Shown in pieces: positions 45,680 through 61,660 of a stretch of DNA of 64,000 nucleotides. The translations under genes were made by a program, and so were the position numbers. Below the pieces are notes generated by a model. The model saw nothing but the letters and a program-made list of their open reading frames with translations, was not told the DNA's origin and did no database searches. Positions within the stretch are counted from its first letter, which is position 1, and each line of letters begins with the position of its first letter. Source of the stretch: Perkinsus olseni (taxonomy: Eukaryota); NCBI GenBank assembly GCA_013115125.1, contig JABANN010000054.1, forward strand, positions 1 to 64,000. The letters run 5' to 3'.

Positions 45680-48600
45680 ATGACACCGTGGAGACATGGT
45701 GAGCTGCACGGTTAGCTCTGCTGCCACTGGCCCTCCAACAGCCCATCTACCTTGTGGTGCTTGCTATCTTCGCCGGCTCCTATCTGGGATACTCCTGGCC
45801 TAGTCGTAGGGGTTTGACCCTGTGTACTGTCATGTGCAGGTTCACCGACTTCGCGGAGCTGCAAGGAATTTCCGAATCGGTAAGGCATTCGACAAACCCT
45901 AAACGCACGTCGGCGGGCCATCGTATGCAGGGTGTTTGCTGGAATGAAGCTGGGACTCGACTGACACTGTGACGCCCATATTTTCGCAGGCTCAGACCTT
46001 GGGGGAGAAACCAAGGCGCGTCATCGATGCATACGAGTTCGTCGCCATATCCATCTTGCTCACGGCACGCCTGAGCTTGGGGGATAAACTACAGCTGTTA
46101 TTCAAGCTGTTCCACTTAAATACCAATAATAAAGGCCTTTCACGGGTGGCTGCATCTCGGTCTCTCTGGCGTTCTTCAGCACCACTCACTGTCACTGCAA
46201 ATGCTTCAAGGTCTAGAGTTCTGCTGGCTCCTTGATGTCAGGGTGAGCTCTCTCTCCTCCTGAGATCGGTGACTCGAGCAGCAGCGAAGTTCCATCGCAG
46301 TCTGGGCACTACCGCCATAGACGCAGACATACCCAAGAACTTAGTAATCCAAAGAGTCTCTTAACTCCTATCACATCCGAAGCAACCAGTGTACCGCATA
46401 ACTCGGGTGGGCAATTCCGTGACGGCGTTCGAAATGACACTCCGAACTAAGGACTCGCGTCGCTCACCGACCCAACTCATGATCAGGCAGTTGACGACTT
46501 CGCAAAGGACGTCCTCGAACAGTGGGGAACCAAGAATGGCCTGCTGACACAACAAAATCTGTGCCGTTGGGCCGGGACTGATGGAACCGCTCTCCGGTGA
46601 GCCTGCAGTTCGTAGCCACGCAGGAGGCGGCCTACAGTGACCAGGGTTCAAAAGCCAGACCCGCCGACTCGGTTCAGCCTAGATCAAGTTGATGTCATGA
46701 TTGGTGACTTCCTATCAGTACTACAATTCACCGCTGGTGGATCACACCAATGTATTGCCAATCTATTGCCAATACAGTATTGGTGAATCATCAATACATC
46801 CCCACAGCTTCTGCTGATGGGTTCTCGAAGCATTATTACCAGTCTAATATCAACAGATTCCTCTATGGTGTAGGTTGCTGCTCCGCTTTTCACGTTCAAG
46901 CTCCGTCATCCTTGCATTCGGGGACAATCACAGGTGAGACGGTATTTGAGAGTGCAAGTCGATCCGAACCCTGATTATGCACCCCATAACAGTCCCGATC
47001 ACTAATATTATCCCGCTGTCTCGGTCGTCCTCAAAGTGCTGAATCCTCGATTTAAGCCCGGAGCATGACAGCACAGGAAGCTGCTCCACAAGCTCTGAAG
47101 CTTCCCACTGGCTGCATTCAGATACCAGTGTGGTGTTGGTATTGGTGATCCACCGACCATAGACACGCGGCCCATCCCTCTCCTGTCAATGGACTCCGTA
47201 GAGGTCGTAAAGATTGCCGCAGGGGAGTCCCACTCACTGTTCCTGGACTGTGAGGGTTGTGTCATGCCGAAGAGAAGCAGAAAATTCATCCTCAGGCGAC
47301 GGCCGACTCTTCGCGTGCGGTAGCGGTTTCTGTGGTATACTTGGCATGGGCAACACCCTAGACTGCACCACTCCCAAGGTTCCTCAGGATCTCTGGCAAT
47401 GCTGTTGTATCATTTCCCCTGCCTTTTGCTCACCAGCTGGTGCCTTTCGCGCCTCAAGATCGGGAGGGTTCATCCAGTCTCGGCAGAGTGAAAGTGATCG
47501 ATATCGCGACGGGCATCCGACACACTGTAGCTGTGACCGAGAGCGGAGACGTTTACTGCTGGGGGAATAATGACGTGAGCAGACATTGCGATGATACATG
47601 GAACTACTTGCCTGCTGAGCAACTAATTCACGGTTCAAAAACTAAGCCCCTCGTCGGTTACGGTCTTCTAGGTGGATCAGTTGGGTCTCGCAATTGAGGA
47701 AAGCCAGGAGGCATGTCTAGAGAGAGCGTAAGCCAGCATCTTTGATTCGTACCACCCGTAGGAGAGCACTACGAGCGAACATCATTATCGTTACCAGCAT
47801 GTGTGCGGGAGGTCGGTTGTTGGAGTAACTGGAGGACTATTCCTGGGTAGTTACGACCACAGAACTGGCGGGACATTCACCTACGCTCCTCGGCCAGTTC
47901 TGCTAGGATCCTTGAAACGGCAAGGAATCAGAGCTAGAATGGTGAGCGTGAACCCTGTCATCACCACATCGGTAGCTCACCTCACTACGCGAGGTTGTCT
48001 GAACCAGTATTCGGTGAATAAATAGCTATCCTAGGGGGGGGGGCTCATCTTTCTCACCCTCGCGGCGAACGTCTATGTAGGCGGAGCCGTGCGGAAAGCA
48101 AAGGCTGCCTCTACATGCATCACTCTGAGAAAAGCAGTCCAACGCAAGCCGGTCAATTTTCAGGTAGGATGCACCAATTTCAGTACCGTTGTTGTTACTG
48201 ATGATGACCGAATGTGAGATTGTCCTATGGGATAACTTCTTGACGGCTGCCGAAATGTCCAACTTAGTTTCGCCTGGGGTTTGAACTCGCGTGGACAGTG
48301 CGGAGTCGCCTCCAAAGAAGGTAGCAAGGGTGGCCTCCTGCCGGCCATCAGCTCCACTCTGCTTCCCTTGTGAACAACAACATTGGCAAAGTTCCGGTGG
48401 GCAGGCGAACTTTGTATGGAACGCTGCGTCCATCTGGAGGAGCATATTGCGCCGGAGTGTGCCGTCCGTACGATTCCGATACCCGCTGAAATCAACTTCA
48501 AAAGGTTTGATGGAGCCAACTACCCTCCTCCCGAGGTAGGCCGACTCCTGAGGGGATCCTTCATCTCCGGTGCTGAAAAGAGCGCTGCCTTGTTACTGTT

Positions 48601-51600
48601 TGTAGAACTCGCGAGGAGGGGGTGAAACAGCAAGAGAATGGCACGGATTGCCGGGCAAGATCATCTCTCTGGCGTGCGGCGCTGCCCATATCATTGCCAT
48701 CGACGATGGGCATAACGCCTGGGCATGGGGAGACGTGAGCCCTACGCAATGTGTCTTATCGTGAAGATCAACTGCGTGGCTCAGAATTCCAGTGGACAGC
48801 TAGCTCATAGCAGCCCTGAGCCCTACTCTCAGCATCCTCAACTGATCAGCTCTTTGAGGGGCTTTTGTTTGAAGGCAGCAGCAGGGAGGAACATGACCAT
48901 GCTCATGACCAGCTTGCTAAGGTGAGGAACGCGCAGCGACCTTACTGCATCACTCCACAATAGAGTCACCATCGACAACCCTAAGAAGCGTGGAGTCTCA
49001 TCCCTGGGTGCGCGAACGAGTGAGCTTCCGACAGTGGTACGGCAATGGTCTCAGCTGGAGGTGGCTGAGCAGGAGTCCTCGTAGGTCTACGCCCTCCCTC
49101 TGGCTGGAGCCACTGAGTGGTCAGCAATGCTCCAGAACCGATCAGCTTCGTCAAGCTCGTTGGTATGTGTTGGGGATAGCCCTGAAGAGGGTGACTCGCC
49201 AAGTGACCATCATTGGGGAGAGTGGCTCCGAGACCTGGGCGACTAGGCCCAGATGCAGTTCTCAGATTACGGTACATCAGCGTCCGTGATGAGGGCGATG
49301 AATCCCGCTCTAAGACAATCCATTGTTTTCCTGGATCGTGGATTGTCCGAGGTTAGTCCTTTCTCGGCCTTCCCAGTTGGGTTGATAGGCATCTCAGGGC
49401 ACTTGGCTGAAGCTCTCTTCGAGCAGTGGAGGCTTTCGTATTCACACCCTCAATGGGGGCACCGCGATCTTCGGACCGCAAAACGCGATTCCGGTGAGGA
49501 CATCTCTCTTGTAGCACTCAGTTTCAATTCTCTTCAGGCCCATTCACCTACCGTTGTCTCGAATGCGGCCCTCGCCGTCGAACTGATGGCTCCCCGAGGT
49601 CTTCTCGCGTGTGCAGATTTATAGTGTCTCCGCAGCACTCTCCCGTGTGTGCTTCCGGTCGTATGTCGAGTCTTGTGTTCTAGATTCCACTGCATGTCGA
49701 TTCCTTCAAAACTGCCAAGGAAGAGTGTGCGTATTTGACATCTCCTCTTCACCGGAAATTGCTACCATAGCTGCATCGGAGCGGACCAGCGACCAGAACG
49801 TCAGTCGCCCGAGCCCCCGCCTTGCTGGACAGTCCAGGGACTAACTCGTTCACGAGGAGCGTCAACTCGTAGATACATGTTAGTGAAAGGTGTCGTACGG
49901 CCACGGAAGTTTTGGCGAAAAAAGTGCATGAAGCCGGGGCCAGAGGATGCATAGTGATACTCCCACCCGAGGTGAGGCCCCATTCGTTCCACGCCCCCTC
50001 CAGAAGCAGCAGAAGCTGCCCTACGGTCCTGTTCTAGGTCACGACCACCGACCTGATACTTCCGCATGACACACTCCCAGCAGACTTCTTCACAGGGTGC
50101 ATCTCTACCACTGATGGACGCCGGCTGATAAAACTGATGAAGGTTCGAGAAGAGCCCCTGGGTGTTGCATCGTCTGTGGGTTCTTCCCTATAGGCTGCGG
50201 AGCTCGAGGGTACGTCACCCCGCGCTACGGGAGAGGACATTCACAACCAGTGAGAAATACTAGTGAATGGTCGGAGCTCTCTCTGAGCGCTGTACCATCA
50301 TTCAGGAGGACCGAAAAGGTTTCGGATTCGGAGTTGTTGCCTGCTTCGGGTGATACAAAAGCCCACGCAGTAGGTATCACCGGCTGAGCTGGCCAAGTTA
50401 TAGTCGCCTTCAATGTCTCTTGCTTGGCAGGGGCGGGCCGGGGTCGTTGGAGGGATGAAGGGTCGCGGAACACACGTCTTGTCCGACACTGGTAGGGGCC
50501 ACTGCCACGGCAGTGCGAGTCCAAGCGTCATCACTGGGTTTTGGTTCAAGCTGGTGATTCTGTCCACCATGGAGGAGTGCCCGAGCTCTGCCTGCTTCCT
50601 CATGCAGGAGAAGGATGCCCAGCTCTGCCGCCTTTGATTTTCCCGCGCAATGAATGGAGCTCTGCCCACCTCATTTCCGTCCGATACGACCCTTTAGAAG
50701 AGAAGCTTGTGGACACAGCCTCCTACAAGTGGGTGCTCGTCGGCGCCAGATCGATGCTTCGCGGCATCTGTAGCTCTGCAGGCCCTCAGCGATTCTCATT
50801 GCCCAGAGCGAAGGAGAAGCCCACGTAGAAGCATTCAAACTACCCCAGGGTCTCGAAATAGGAGATTGCCCAAGTAGGAGTTTCTCCAACTCCGAGTTGG
50901 TGCTTCAATCCGTTGGAGCGACCCGTAGTTGCCGTTGTGAGCCACACAGACGGGAAGACCATCAGAGAAGCAGCTGGCCAAGCGAAGGCTCATGGTGGTG
51001 AACTTCTCGTCACTCCCAATCATCGTTCCGTGCCTCCCCCCGCCGAGGACGGAAACGACCTGGAAGCTTCCGCGGATGGCAAGCCTATCGACGTTAACAG
51101 TTCCGTCTCTCATCCAACCACATCGGGTGGGAATTCTCTTCTCCAGTATTTGCTGGGCCTCAGGCCAATCATCTGTGCAGGATCTGAGCACTCCTCGGTT
51201 GGCGCATCCTTGGAGCTTGACACCGAGGGATGTGGACTCTTCGTCTTCGGCAAGGGGAGCCATCACACCCCTAAAGGATGGTGATGCCCTGTCTCTCCTG
51301 CCTCTAGGAGCTCTCGCTGCTTCAGGTATGTAGCCGAGCTCCACGATAAGCGACTCCGCGACATCGGTGCCGAGGATGAACTATGCAGAGCTGTGTCAGC
51401 CGGAGGTCGTTTGTTCGTCCCTTTCTAACCGTAATAGATTCCACATATAGGTGAAGTGTTCCACTGGAGGGCGGGGGCGACGCGAATCTCCCAGGAGAGA
51501 TTCCCCCCTTCGGATGCAGGTGAAGCGGCTTCCAAAAGCATTACAGTTTGTTACCGTGACAGAGAAGTGCCCGGTGATTCCGGGCCGGTATCATGTTCAG

Positions 51601-51716
51601 GTTATGAAGAGGCCTATGAAGTCAAAAAGTTGTTTGCTGGTACACGTCACACTTTCTTGCTAGCTGATGCCGCGTGTGGGAATCACTACCGCCGACTGCT
51701 CTCGCGCATGTCATGA
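45680..51716 (+). CDS. large EF-hand + RCC1-repeat protein, many exons (start approximate)
   Basis: IDAYEFVAISILL...LGDKLQLLFKLF (EF-hand-like); RCC1 blades IAAGESHSLFL-DGRLFACGSG..GILGMG, IATGIRHTVAVTESGDVYCWGNN, ACGAAHIIAI..AWAWG..NSSGQL, LFAGTRHTFLL. Confidence 0.75.
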
Positions 51717-51948
51717 AATCCGCCCGGTATCATTACATGCCTGCGTTGCGTTGCATTTCTGGCCTTTGATAAGAGAGAGCATTGCACGAGATGACGAACG
51801 AAGAACGACCCTATTCGAGTAGCCCTGCAGCAACGAAGTGGTACTTATCGCACCCACACTACTACCCAACAGGCTCCGGGGACGGGAAATTGAACAGATA
51901 GACTGCGAATGAATTGTTGATGTTACAAGTGTTACACGGGCTGACTCA

Positions 51949-52866
51949 TCATCCCCAAGGCCCGCTTCCTATCTGCCGCAACTGTCGTTGTAGCGTCATT
52001 ACTGATAGCATGCTCTTGAAAAAAGTGCGTCTACAAAAGATTCTCAGCAACCTACTTCCACACCTTTATTAGTACCTTGCATAAAGCCTCATACTCCCTG
52101 AGCTGATTTTTGAACCCTTCATGCGGGGCACAGCAATGCCGCCTCGTGAGGATATAGGCGAGGGTCTCGTCCGTCGTAAGGCCATACCTATACTCCAAAG
52201 TGAGGTAGAAGGGGCTTCAATCACTCACTTCGCTATTATATAAGCAGCCACCAGAGTAGAGGACCGTGAGAGTCCTGCATTACCATGCACCTATTGACGT
52301 ACATGATGCAACGGTGAGGGAGCGTCTTACTAATATCTTATGTAAAGGGCTTGCTGATAGAACTGAATGTATGAATTCGCTAACTGGCTTGAAGTGCCGT
52401 ATCATGTTCTCAAAGGGCGAGTCTCGTGCATCGACGATGAAGTACTGAGTATATGAGAGATACGCTAATTGTAACCAGTAACATCGCCTTACCGTTATGC
52501 CCTCATCCACAAACTTCTCCCTTAAGAAACGACTCTCCTCGGCACTTCGGACGATGACAATCTGTGAAACCAAGGCTTTATAGCATTACGCTGAGTCTTC
52601 ATAGCATTACGTGGGTTATTCCAGCTTGTCGTAGTGTGTCAATATCACGAGCACAGCCGAATGGACCGAGATAGAGGTTGGGTATTATCTCCTGGGCCTG
52701 CATAGGGATGGCCTTTCTCCAGTCCAATGATAAGAGCGTTCAATAAAGACCCGCCGATTAGCAGAGGGCTAAGAGCCACCAGCCCGACTACCACCGGTCT
52801 CACCTCCCGCTTCATATCATAGTCCCAAGCCTTCACGGGTGGCAAGAGGGGGAAATCTTCCGGCAT
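51949..52866 (-). CDS. STYX: STYX-like pseudophosphatase (dual-specificity phosphatase fold)
   Basis: FPLLP..WDYDMKRE-AQEIIPNLYLGP, DARDSPFENMIRHF, VHGNAGLSRS (Gly at the catalytic Cys position), GFKNQLREYE. Confidence 0.88.
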
Positions 52867-53050
52867 TTCAATTAGGCATTTAGAAGCAGATCATGCGCCG
52901 CATGTCCTCTTCGATCATGAGGGCTGGCGCATGATATAAAAGCTTTTCGCTCGCCTCATTTCAGCGCAGGAAGATGTTAATGGGGCCCGGCTTTAGGTTT
53001 CCGAGCCTGCCGCCAATCAATGATGAAACTATTCAAAATCTGAATTTCAG

Positions 53051-53662
53051 ATGACGATCTTCACCGCACATACAGACCGCGTGCTGTGCTGCCCCGATTT
53101 CAGTGTGCACTTTAATAACAGTGTCGGTCCCTGCATGATGAACAGATCAAGCTCCGTGCCATACCTTAGCAACTCCAAGGCCGTCAACATGAGACTTTAT
53201 AAGACGAAGATGTGCTCTTTCCACTTGAATGGTGTCTGTGAGCGTGGTAACTTCTGCACTTATGCGCACTCTACAGAGGAGCTCAACACGACGATGATGG
53301 CCTGCCGTGATGCCTGGGAGCCTGGGGTATACTCATGTACGGAGTCTTTCACGGGAGCCTCCACTTGGAGCGACCCGACACCCGTGATGTCTCCTGAGCG
53401 TAGTCCGACCGCATCATCATGTGGTAGTCACTCAATTACAGTCGAAGATTTGATGCCGACGGTTGCCTTCCTCGGAGAACAGGTCACCGAGCTGAGGGAT
53501 GAACTACATTGGCGCAATGCTTTTATTATGACGTTATTGAAGCTGCTTTCTGGTCGTGACGGTGCAGATGATGTCTTATCGGGGGAATCCCCACCGACAC
53601 GTGAAGAGCTACTGGACATTATTTCCTATTTGGGAAGTCTTCATCATACAAGCCCTATTTGA
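53051..53662 (+). CDS. CCCH zinc-finger protein (single exon)
   Basis: LYKTKMCSFHLNGVCERGNFCTYAHSTEEL (C-x8-C-x5-C-x3-H). Confidence 0.82.
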   Translation: MTIFTAHTDRVLCCPDFSVHFNNSVGPCMMNRSSSVPYLSNSKAVNMRLYKTKMCSFHLNGVCERGNFCTYAHSTEELNTTMMACRDAWEPGVYSCTESFTGASTWSDPTPVMSPERSPTASSCGSHSITVEDLMPTVAFLGEQVTELRDELHWRNAFIMTLLKLLSGRDGADDVLSGESPPTREELLDIISYLGSLHHTSPI

Positions 53663-54150
53663 ACACTAATGCAGCAGTAATTAATTCCGGTACTTCCGTC
53701 GCGCGATATATTGAATTATCGGTACTCTACCTTGAACTCCCCGTAGGGTTGACCCAACACCCTTGATACGTTGATTGGCTTTAAGTAATCTAATACGTCA
53801 ATGGTTGTATTTAATTGGCCATAAGGTCATTGGCAAGATGTATTAGTCTCTCCATGAGTATTCGTGATGATGATGAAATTGCAGTGGTTGCGTTGTCATT
53901 GAAAGTGCTGTGACTGGGAAAGAGCGTCCTCTGGAGAAACGTGTCCTTCTTGGCTGATGTGATGTCCCGAGAGCGCCCTATGTCTCTCCCAGAGCATGCT
54001 AGATCGAATTACCGCGACTCGTGGTATGCTTGACGACGGGTGAAACGAAATCAGCCAGCGAAAAACTTCGTTAATTTTCGTCTTAGACGACCACTCGAGT
54101 GTAACGTAAAGGCGACAATGACAAGAAACTAGATTGAAACATCATGCTAT

Positions 54151-56281
54151 TCACTTGTGTAACATCATAATCACCGATTCGATTGCCTCTGTCAGATCGT
54201 CGTGATATTCCTTATACCTGCGGAGGCCCTTATAATCAGATGATACTTCCTCAGCTCACATGGTGTCAACAGCAGGACTCGGTTTTCCTATGTCAAGAGA
54301 TTGCATCCACCGCAGAAGAAGCGCCTCCGCCCTCCTCTCGGCCTCGGCTCTCACCGACGATAGTAAAATCCGAACCTGAGGAAAGCAAGAGTGATGATCA
54401 GTAATTTAAACCCTTCCCGACCATACTTGTGGAGGCAGGCCATGCTGTCTCTCTGAGGCGGAGTACGCCTGGCATAAACTCTCCAGCTTTCCCTTCTTCT
54501 CGGCCAATACATCAATCGACATGTAAGCTACCAGAGCCTCAGGGTACCTCAAGTGAACGTGAATTCGAGGGCCACGCTCTGACCACTAACCCTACGTGTC
54601 CTTTTGAATCGTTATAACATCAGCTTGGTCATCTGCATCATCTCCTGTGATGTCCATATGGACTAGCCTTCTCATAACGTCTTTCATGTCGCTACCGCCA
54701 GGCTTGCTCACGCTCGGCACCTACCACCTCCCAGGCTCCACGGATCAACAGTATTTTAACTACCGCAAACTTGTCCGGCTTCCCATTCCGATCCATGCGG
54801 AACCCGTAGGTGAACATACTCTGTTCTGCCGAGAGGATATCACCACCCGTGTAGGATATTAGGATCTACAGTAGTGCCCTGGTGATACCAACTCGGTGAT
54901 ACTACCACTGCTACCTCCTCCCCTGCCCTAATGTCACTCTTCGCTACCAGTGAGATGGTCTCAGATGAACCTGCATCCCATTACCTCAGACCCTGCTGAG
55001 TCAGCAGAGCCGACTGACACACTTAGTACCTCCCAACCAGCCAGCGGACGTATGTTGTGTACGGATCTCCGCATTGCCACCACTGCTATCATGGTTAGCG
55101 AAGTCCACCAACGGTATGACGAGCAGACCTAGATTGAGGCGAATCATCAGCGATAGAGAGCACCGTGTTGTACCTTCACCAGCCATCACACCAGCATCAC
55201 CAGGCACCCCACTAAGACCAAATCCACTTCGACTCAGAAGAACAGCATGGGCCCACAACCACAGCTGCTTGACCTTGGTGTGCCGGATGAATGTGTCAAT
55301 AGGACCCTGGTTCAATTCTAGGGTACTCAATATTTCTAACAGATGCCTGAAGGGCTGCTTGTCAAGGTTCGACTGCTTCGTGCCTTGGACACTACCCCAG
55401 CTGCCTCAACGTGTTCTCCTTCATTGACCCAACTGATGCATGCAAGGCGGTACCAGCGATAGAGGACATGCCGGAGTCATCAAGAAGGAGGGGATGATTC
55501 CTGAGCTCGCCGTCCAACCATAGCTTCAGTTCATCTAGATTCTACCTTAGTTTCCGTGCAGTAGGGAGCATCCTAGCGTACGGATACCACTTAGTCCTCA
55601 TCTTAGAGGACTCGGCTGCGGCCTACCACATCATGCTGTCCTCAACAGAACAGTACGGTACGCCTACCAGTTTCTGACATACTAACCAGAACGCTAGGCA
55701 ACCCCTCTCGTCTAGTCCAGCTCCCTTCAAAAAACATATCACTGAAGAGTGAGTACTTTTGGAGCATGCAAAGGACGAGTAGCCCCACCTTTGCCGAAGT
55801 CAGGGTCATCACACACCGTGTCAATGTTGATGAGAACCCTGGATTTCTTCGGTATCGTTATTACGGCCGTACCGGCTGATATTGCATGTGATGCGACCAG
55901 CCCCATACCTACCACCGCATCCAGTTCTAAGTGTGGTAGGCTAGTACCCTTAAGTCCCCGCTCCACTATGGTTAATGAGCGATGGACCTCCGCTCCCTCG
56001 CTAGTCAGGAAGTTGATTATATCTTGACACGCTCGATCTCTGTATACGGTCGATGCGGCTGTCGAGCTCTCAGGAGATGATCTGCATTCCGGCATAGCGC
56101 GGGTACTCCCAAATTCCCAGTACCTCTCCTCACAGCGAACTCTCTCATTCGTAAGCCCCCAGAGAGACATACAGGCTAGTGCAGACACTCCCAGCGCGAA
56201 GCTTGGCACATCTCGACGATCACCAGGGGATACTCGCCTAATTCGACCCAGAGCCGTGGAAGCACACCGGGACCATGACAT
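54151..56281 (-). CDS. SET-domain (Rubisco-LSMT/SETD3-4-like) lysine methyltransferase, presequence-like N-terminus
   Basis: GMGLVASHAISAGTAVITIP, KWYPYARMLP, WLWAHAVLLSRS, VIPLVDFANHD, MFTYGF. Confidence 0.82.
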
Positions 56282-56410
56282 TGTAGCGCGGAAAACGGAA
56301 ACCAACCCTCAAGCGGCGTGGGTGGGCTGTAGGATGACAACTTGAAAACGGAACAACTCAATTGTGGAAGAGAAACACGGTCTTAGTGACTTCGAGTAAA
56401 CAATCAAAGA

Positions 56411-57417
56411 CTAATGAGACTGATGCTCAATAGGCTTGCCATCGGACCCCATCTCCTTCTCCAACAACTCCACAGTGTCGGTGTGTCCCGCTTCACGAGC
56501 CAAATCAATTGCCTGCTTACCTACATGGAGCGACGTAGATAAAGATATCGTGTATAGCCGCTAGCGTGGCTGTGCGACGTCGGGCAGCCCATGGCCCCGT
56601 TAGTTGGCACAGTCCTTCCATAGTACTACCATCATTGTTCTTCACGGTGTAGCTGCCCTCAGCGCCATTCTCGCAGAGTAGCCAGACTATGTCCTCGTAA
56701 CCGCCCTTGGCCGCTACGTGGAGAGCGGTATCACCGTTCTTGTTGACAATGTCCCGATCGCAACCAGCCCAGAGGAGCTGACTTACACAAGTTCATCATC
56801 TTCAACATCCCCCCCCTACTACTACCATCGAGACCATCATCCGAAGATTGCCTCGGCAGGCGATGTGCAAGGGAGTGTCACCGTTGATATCTTGAATATT
56901 CAAGTCGGCACCGCACTCGGCCATCATCGAGGCTGAAGAAGGACAGATATCCAACTTTCCGAGCTACCGACAAACTGCTATCTGGGACTAGCAAGTCTGT
57001 CATTACCACAAGTCATTTGGTTGTTGGCTACGGCTACATGCATCGGCGATCGGCCAAACTTGTCCAGTTCATTGAAAACCTCCGGGTTGGGGGCACTGAA
57101 TCAACCAGCAGAATTAAGAAGGCGTTATCGATCCTGGAATCTCTCACGCATTTATTGTTGACATGTCCCCTTTACGGGCTGCCTCGTGGTACTCAGTGTT
57201 ACTTGTAGCAGCTGATGTTGCCGTGGACATGGTCGACCGATGATAAGATACACTTCGTAGGTGGACAGGATCCTACTGTCCTCAGCGCCGCTGCGCTCCA
57301 GTACTTGCGATCTTATCACCACTTGCTAGTTTCCCAACTCTCTTTGCTACAGCAGAACGGTGAAACTCCGAAGCAGATCGCAGAGAGTGGAGACTGATCC
57401 ATGAGGCATACACACAT
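56411..57417 (-). CDS. ankyrin-repeat protein (start uncertain)
   Basis: DKFGRSPMHVAV, ADLNIQDINGDTPLHIAC, NKNGDTALHVAAKGGYEDIVWLLCENGA, GKQAIDLA. Confidence 0.85.
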
Positions 57418-57495
57418 GAAGGGCACTGTAATGAAGTTGATCTGGCATACGGCAAACACTCGTCTTTTCAAGGCAGTTGATGACAACACTGGCGA

Positions 57496-59850
<2,355 letters not shown>

Positions 59851-59916
59851 AACCCCAGAAGGAAGTTATCAACAGAAAGGCAGTTGTATTAACAGTGGAG
59901 CAGATATACAAATACC

Positions 59917-61174
59917 CTACGCATTCGTATTGGATGGTGTTGCAAAGAACTCCTTGAGGTCTCCAATGTCCGCTAGGCTGTCCAAGACCCAGGTGGCCTT
60001 GTTGTACCTATCGTAAAAAGTAGTGCTAACACAACGACGATAAGTTAATGTTACGTGGCAGAGTGATCAACTTCAGGGCACTGGAAGCGCTTGTCCGGTA
60101 AGGCGACAACCCGCATGCCAGCTGCTAGGGCTGCTTGTACTCCCTGTGCTGAGTCTTCGAAAACTATACAATCCTGACGATCACAGCAGCATGATCAGAG
60201 GAACAGTGATGGGAGAGACACTCTGCCAAATCTATCCATGGGAACGACCACTCATATACAGCGCGTAGGGAAAAATGTAAAATGCAAAAGTCAGGCCTCT
60301 AAGCCACCATGTGGCAAGCGAACGGCGGTCGGACTAGTGGGCTGGCCCACAAGAAGTGAGCCAGCATCAGGGTGCTGCCTCACGTGGCACAGTCGCCCTA
60401 CTTGTTACTGTATGATGATATTGCTAGACACGGGGGTAGTCTGGCCAACACACCTTGGGATCAGCATCAAGCCTCCTAGCAGCCTCAAGGAAGATATCCG
60501 GTGAGGGCTTGCCCTTCTTCACATTAGGATCATCTCCACATACACAAATAGAGAAACATTCCTTAATCTGCGGTATATGGCTGACCTTCTTCTGGAACTG
60601 CGGAAAACAACAAGCAGTCATCAAGCCTGATTCCTCAACGGCCGCTTACTGAGGGCGAGATTGAACTCGTAGCTACGGCGCGCCTAGGATTGTACTTGAC
60701 CAAGTCGTCCATTATGTGCGCAGCACCTACAACGGAAATTCATCCGAGGGCCGACCGCTACCGTGGCGCCTTACCCGGCATCAGCTGCAGTGTATTATAG
60801 AGGGTATCCATGCACTCATAGTACTCCTTTATGTACTGCTGACGGGGTAGCTGATCTGGAGTGATATTATTGCCATCCAAAACCTGACGAGGGTACTGCG
60901 GTGTAAGAGCTGGTATCCACCGGACTTACGATACGACTCCAATCCTCTGGTTGAGTGCCCATGAGCTTGGCATGCAGTGCTGGCGTCACTTTGCCGCCAA
61001 ACCTCTCGATGGGCTTACTCAAGGCGATGGCCGAGGCACCTGAGGACTACACGGTGCACAGTATTCACATTAAGATTGATCACCTTCGTAATCGATAAGG
61101 GTGCCGTCAACATCAAAAATAAAAGCAGGAAGGTCGCTTGACGTGGCTGACGACGACGACGATTGTTTTACCAT
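59917..61174 (-). CDS. HAD-superfamily phosphatase, HDHD1/pseudouridine-5'-phosphatase-like
   Basis: FIFDVDGTLID, AVATSS, GDDPNVKKGKPSPDIFLEAARRL, CIVFEDSAQGVQAALAAGMRVV. Confidence 0.88.
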
Positions 61175-61660
61175 AGTCTTGAGGAACTTACTGGAGATAC
61201 AATCATGGATCATCAGCTGGACCGCCATTGTGGGTGAGCGGTTATCACGATACTCGGCACTGAACACTGCCCAGGCTCTAGAAACGCTAATATTACCCCT
61301 AGGAACGGTATCAATATTACTACTACAAAATGAAGTGTTTACAACTGAGTGAATTACGATAGTCGAACAATTACCGACGGTAGCGATTGTAGATGTGCGA
61401 TACCTAAGAGGCAAGATGCTCAACACCGCCCCTCTTAGAAGGCAGCATGGATTACATCAGAGATGGTCCGGCAAGACCCACAACGTATGTACTGCGTACC
61501 CCAAGGGGCAAGGTTAGATACATGACAAACTGAGCATATCATGTTGATCGTCTAGAAAGGAAACAACTGGAGCAAAGATGGCCTGCTGCCCTGCTTAGTA
61601 GCACCTGTGCACCCATAACAGCACCGTTGCCTGACGGAGCTGGCTCTGCCGTCACGCTGT

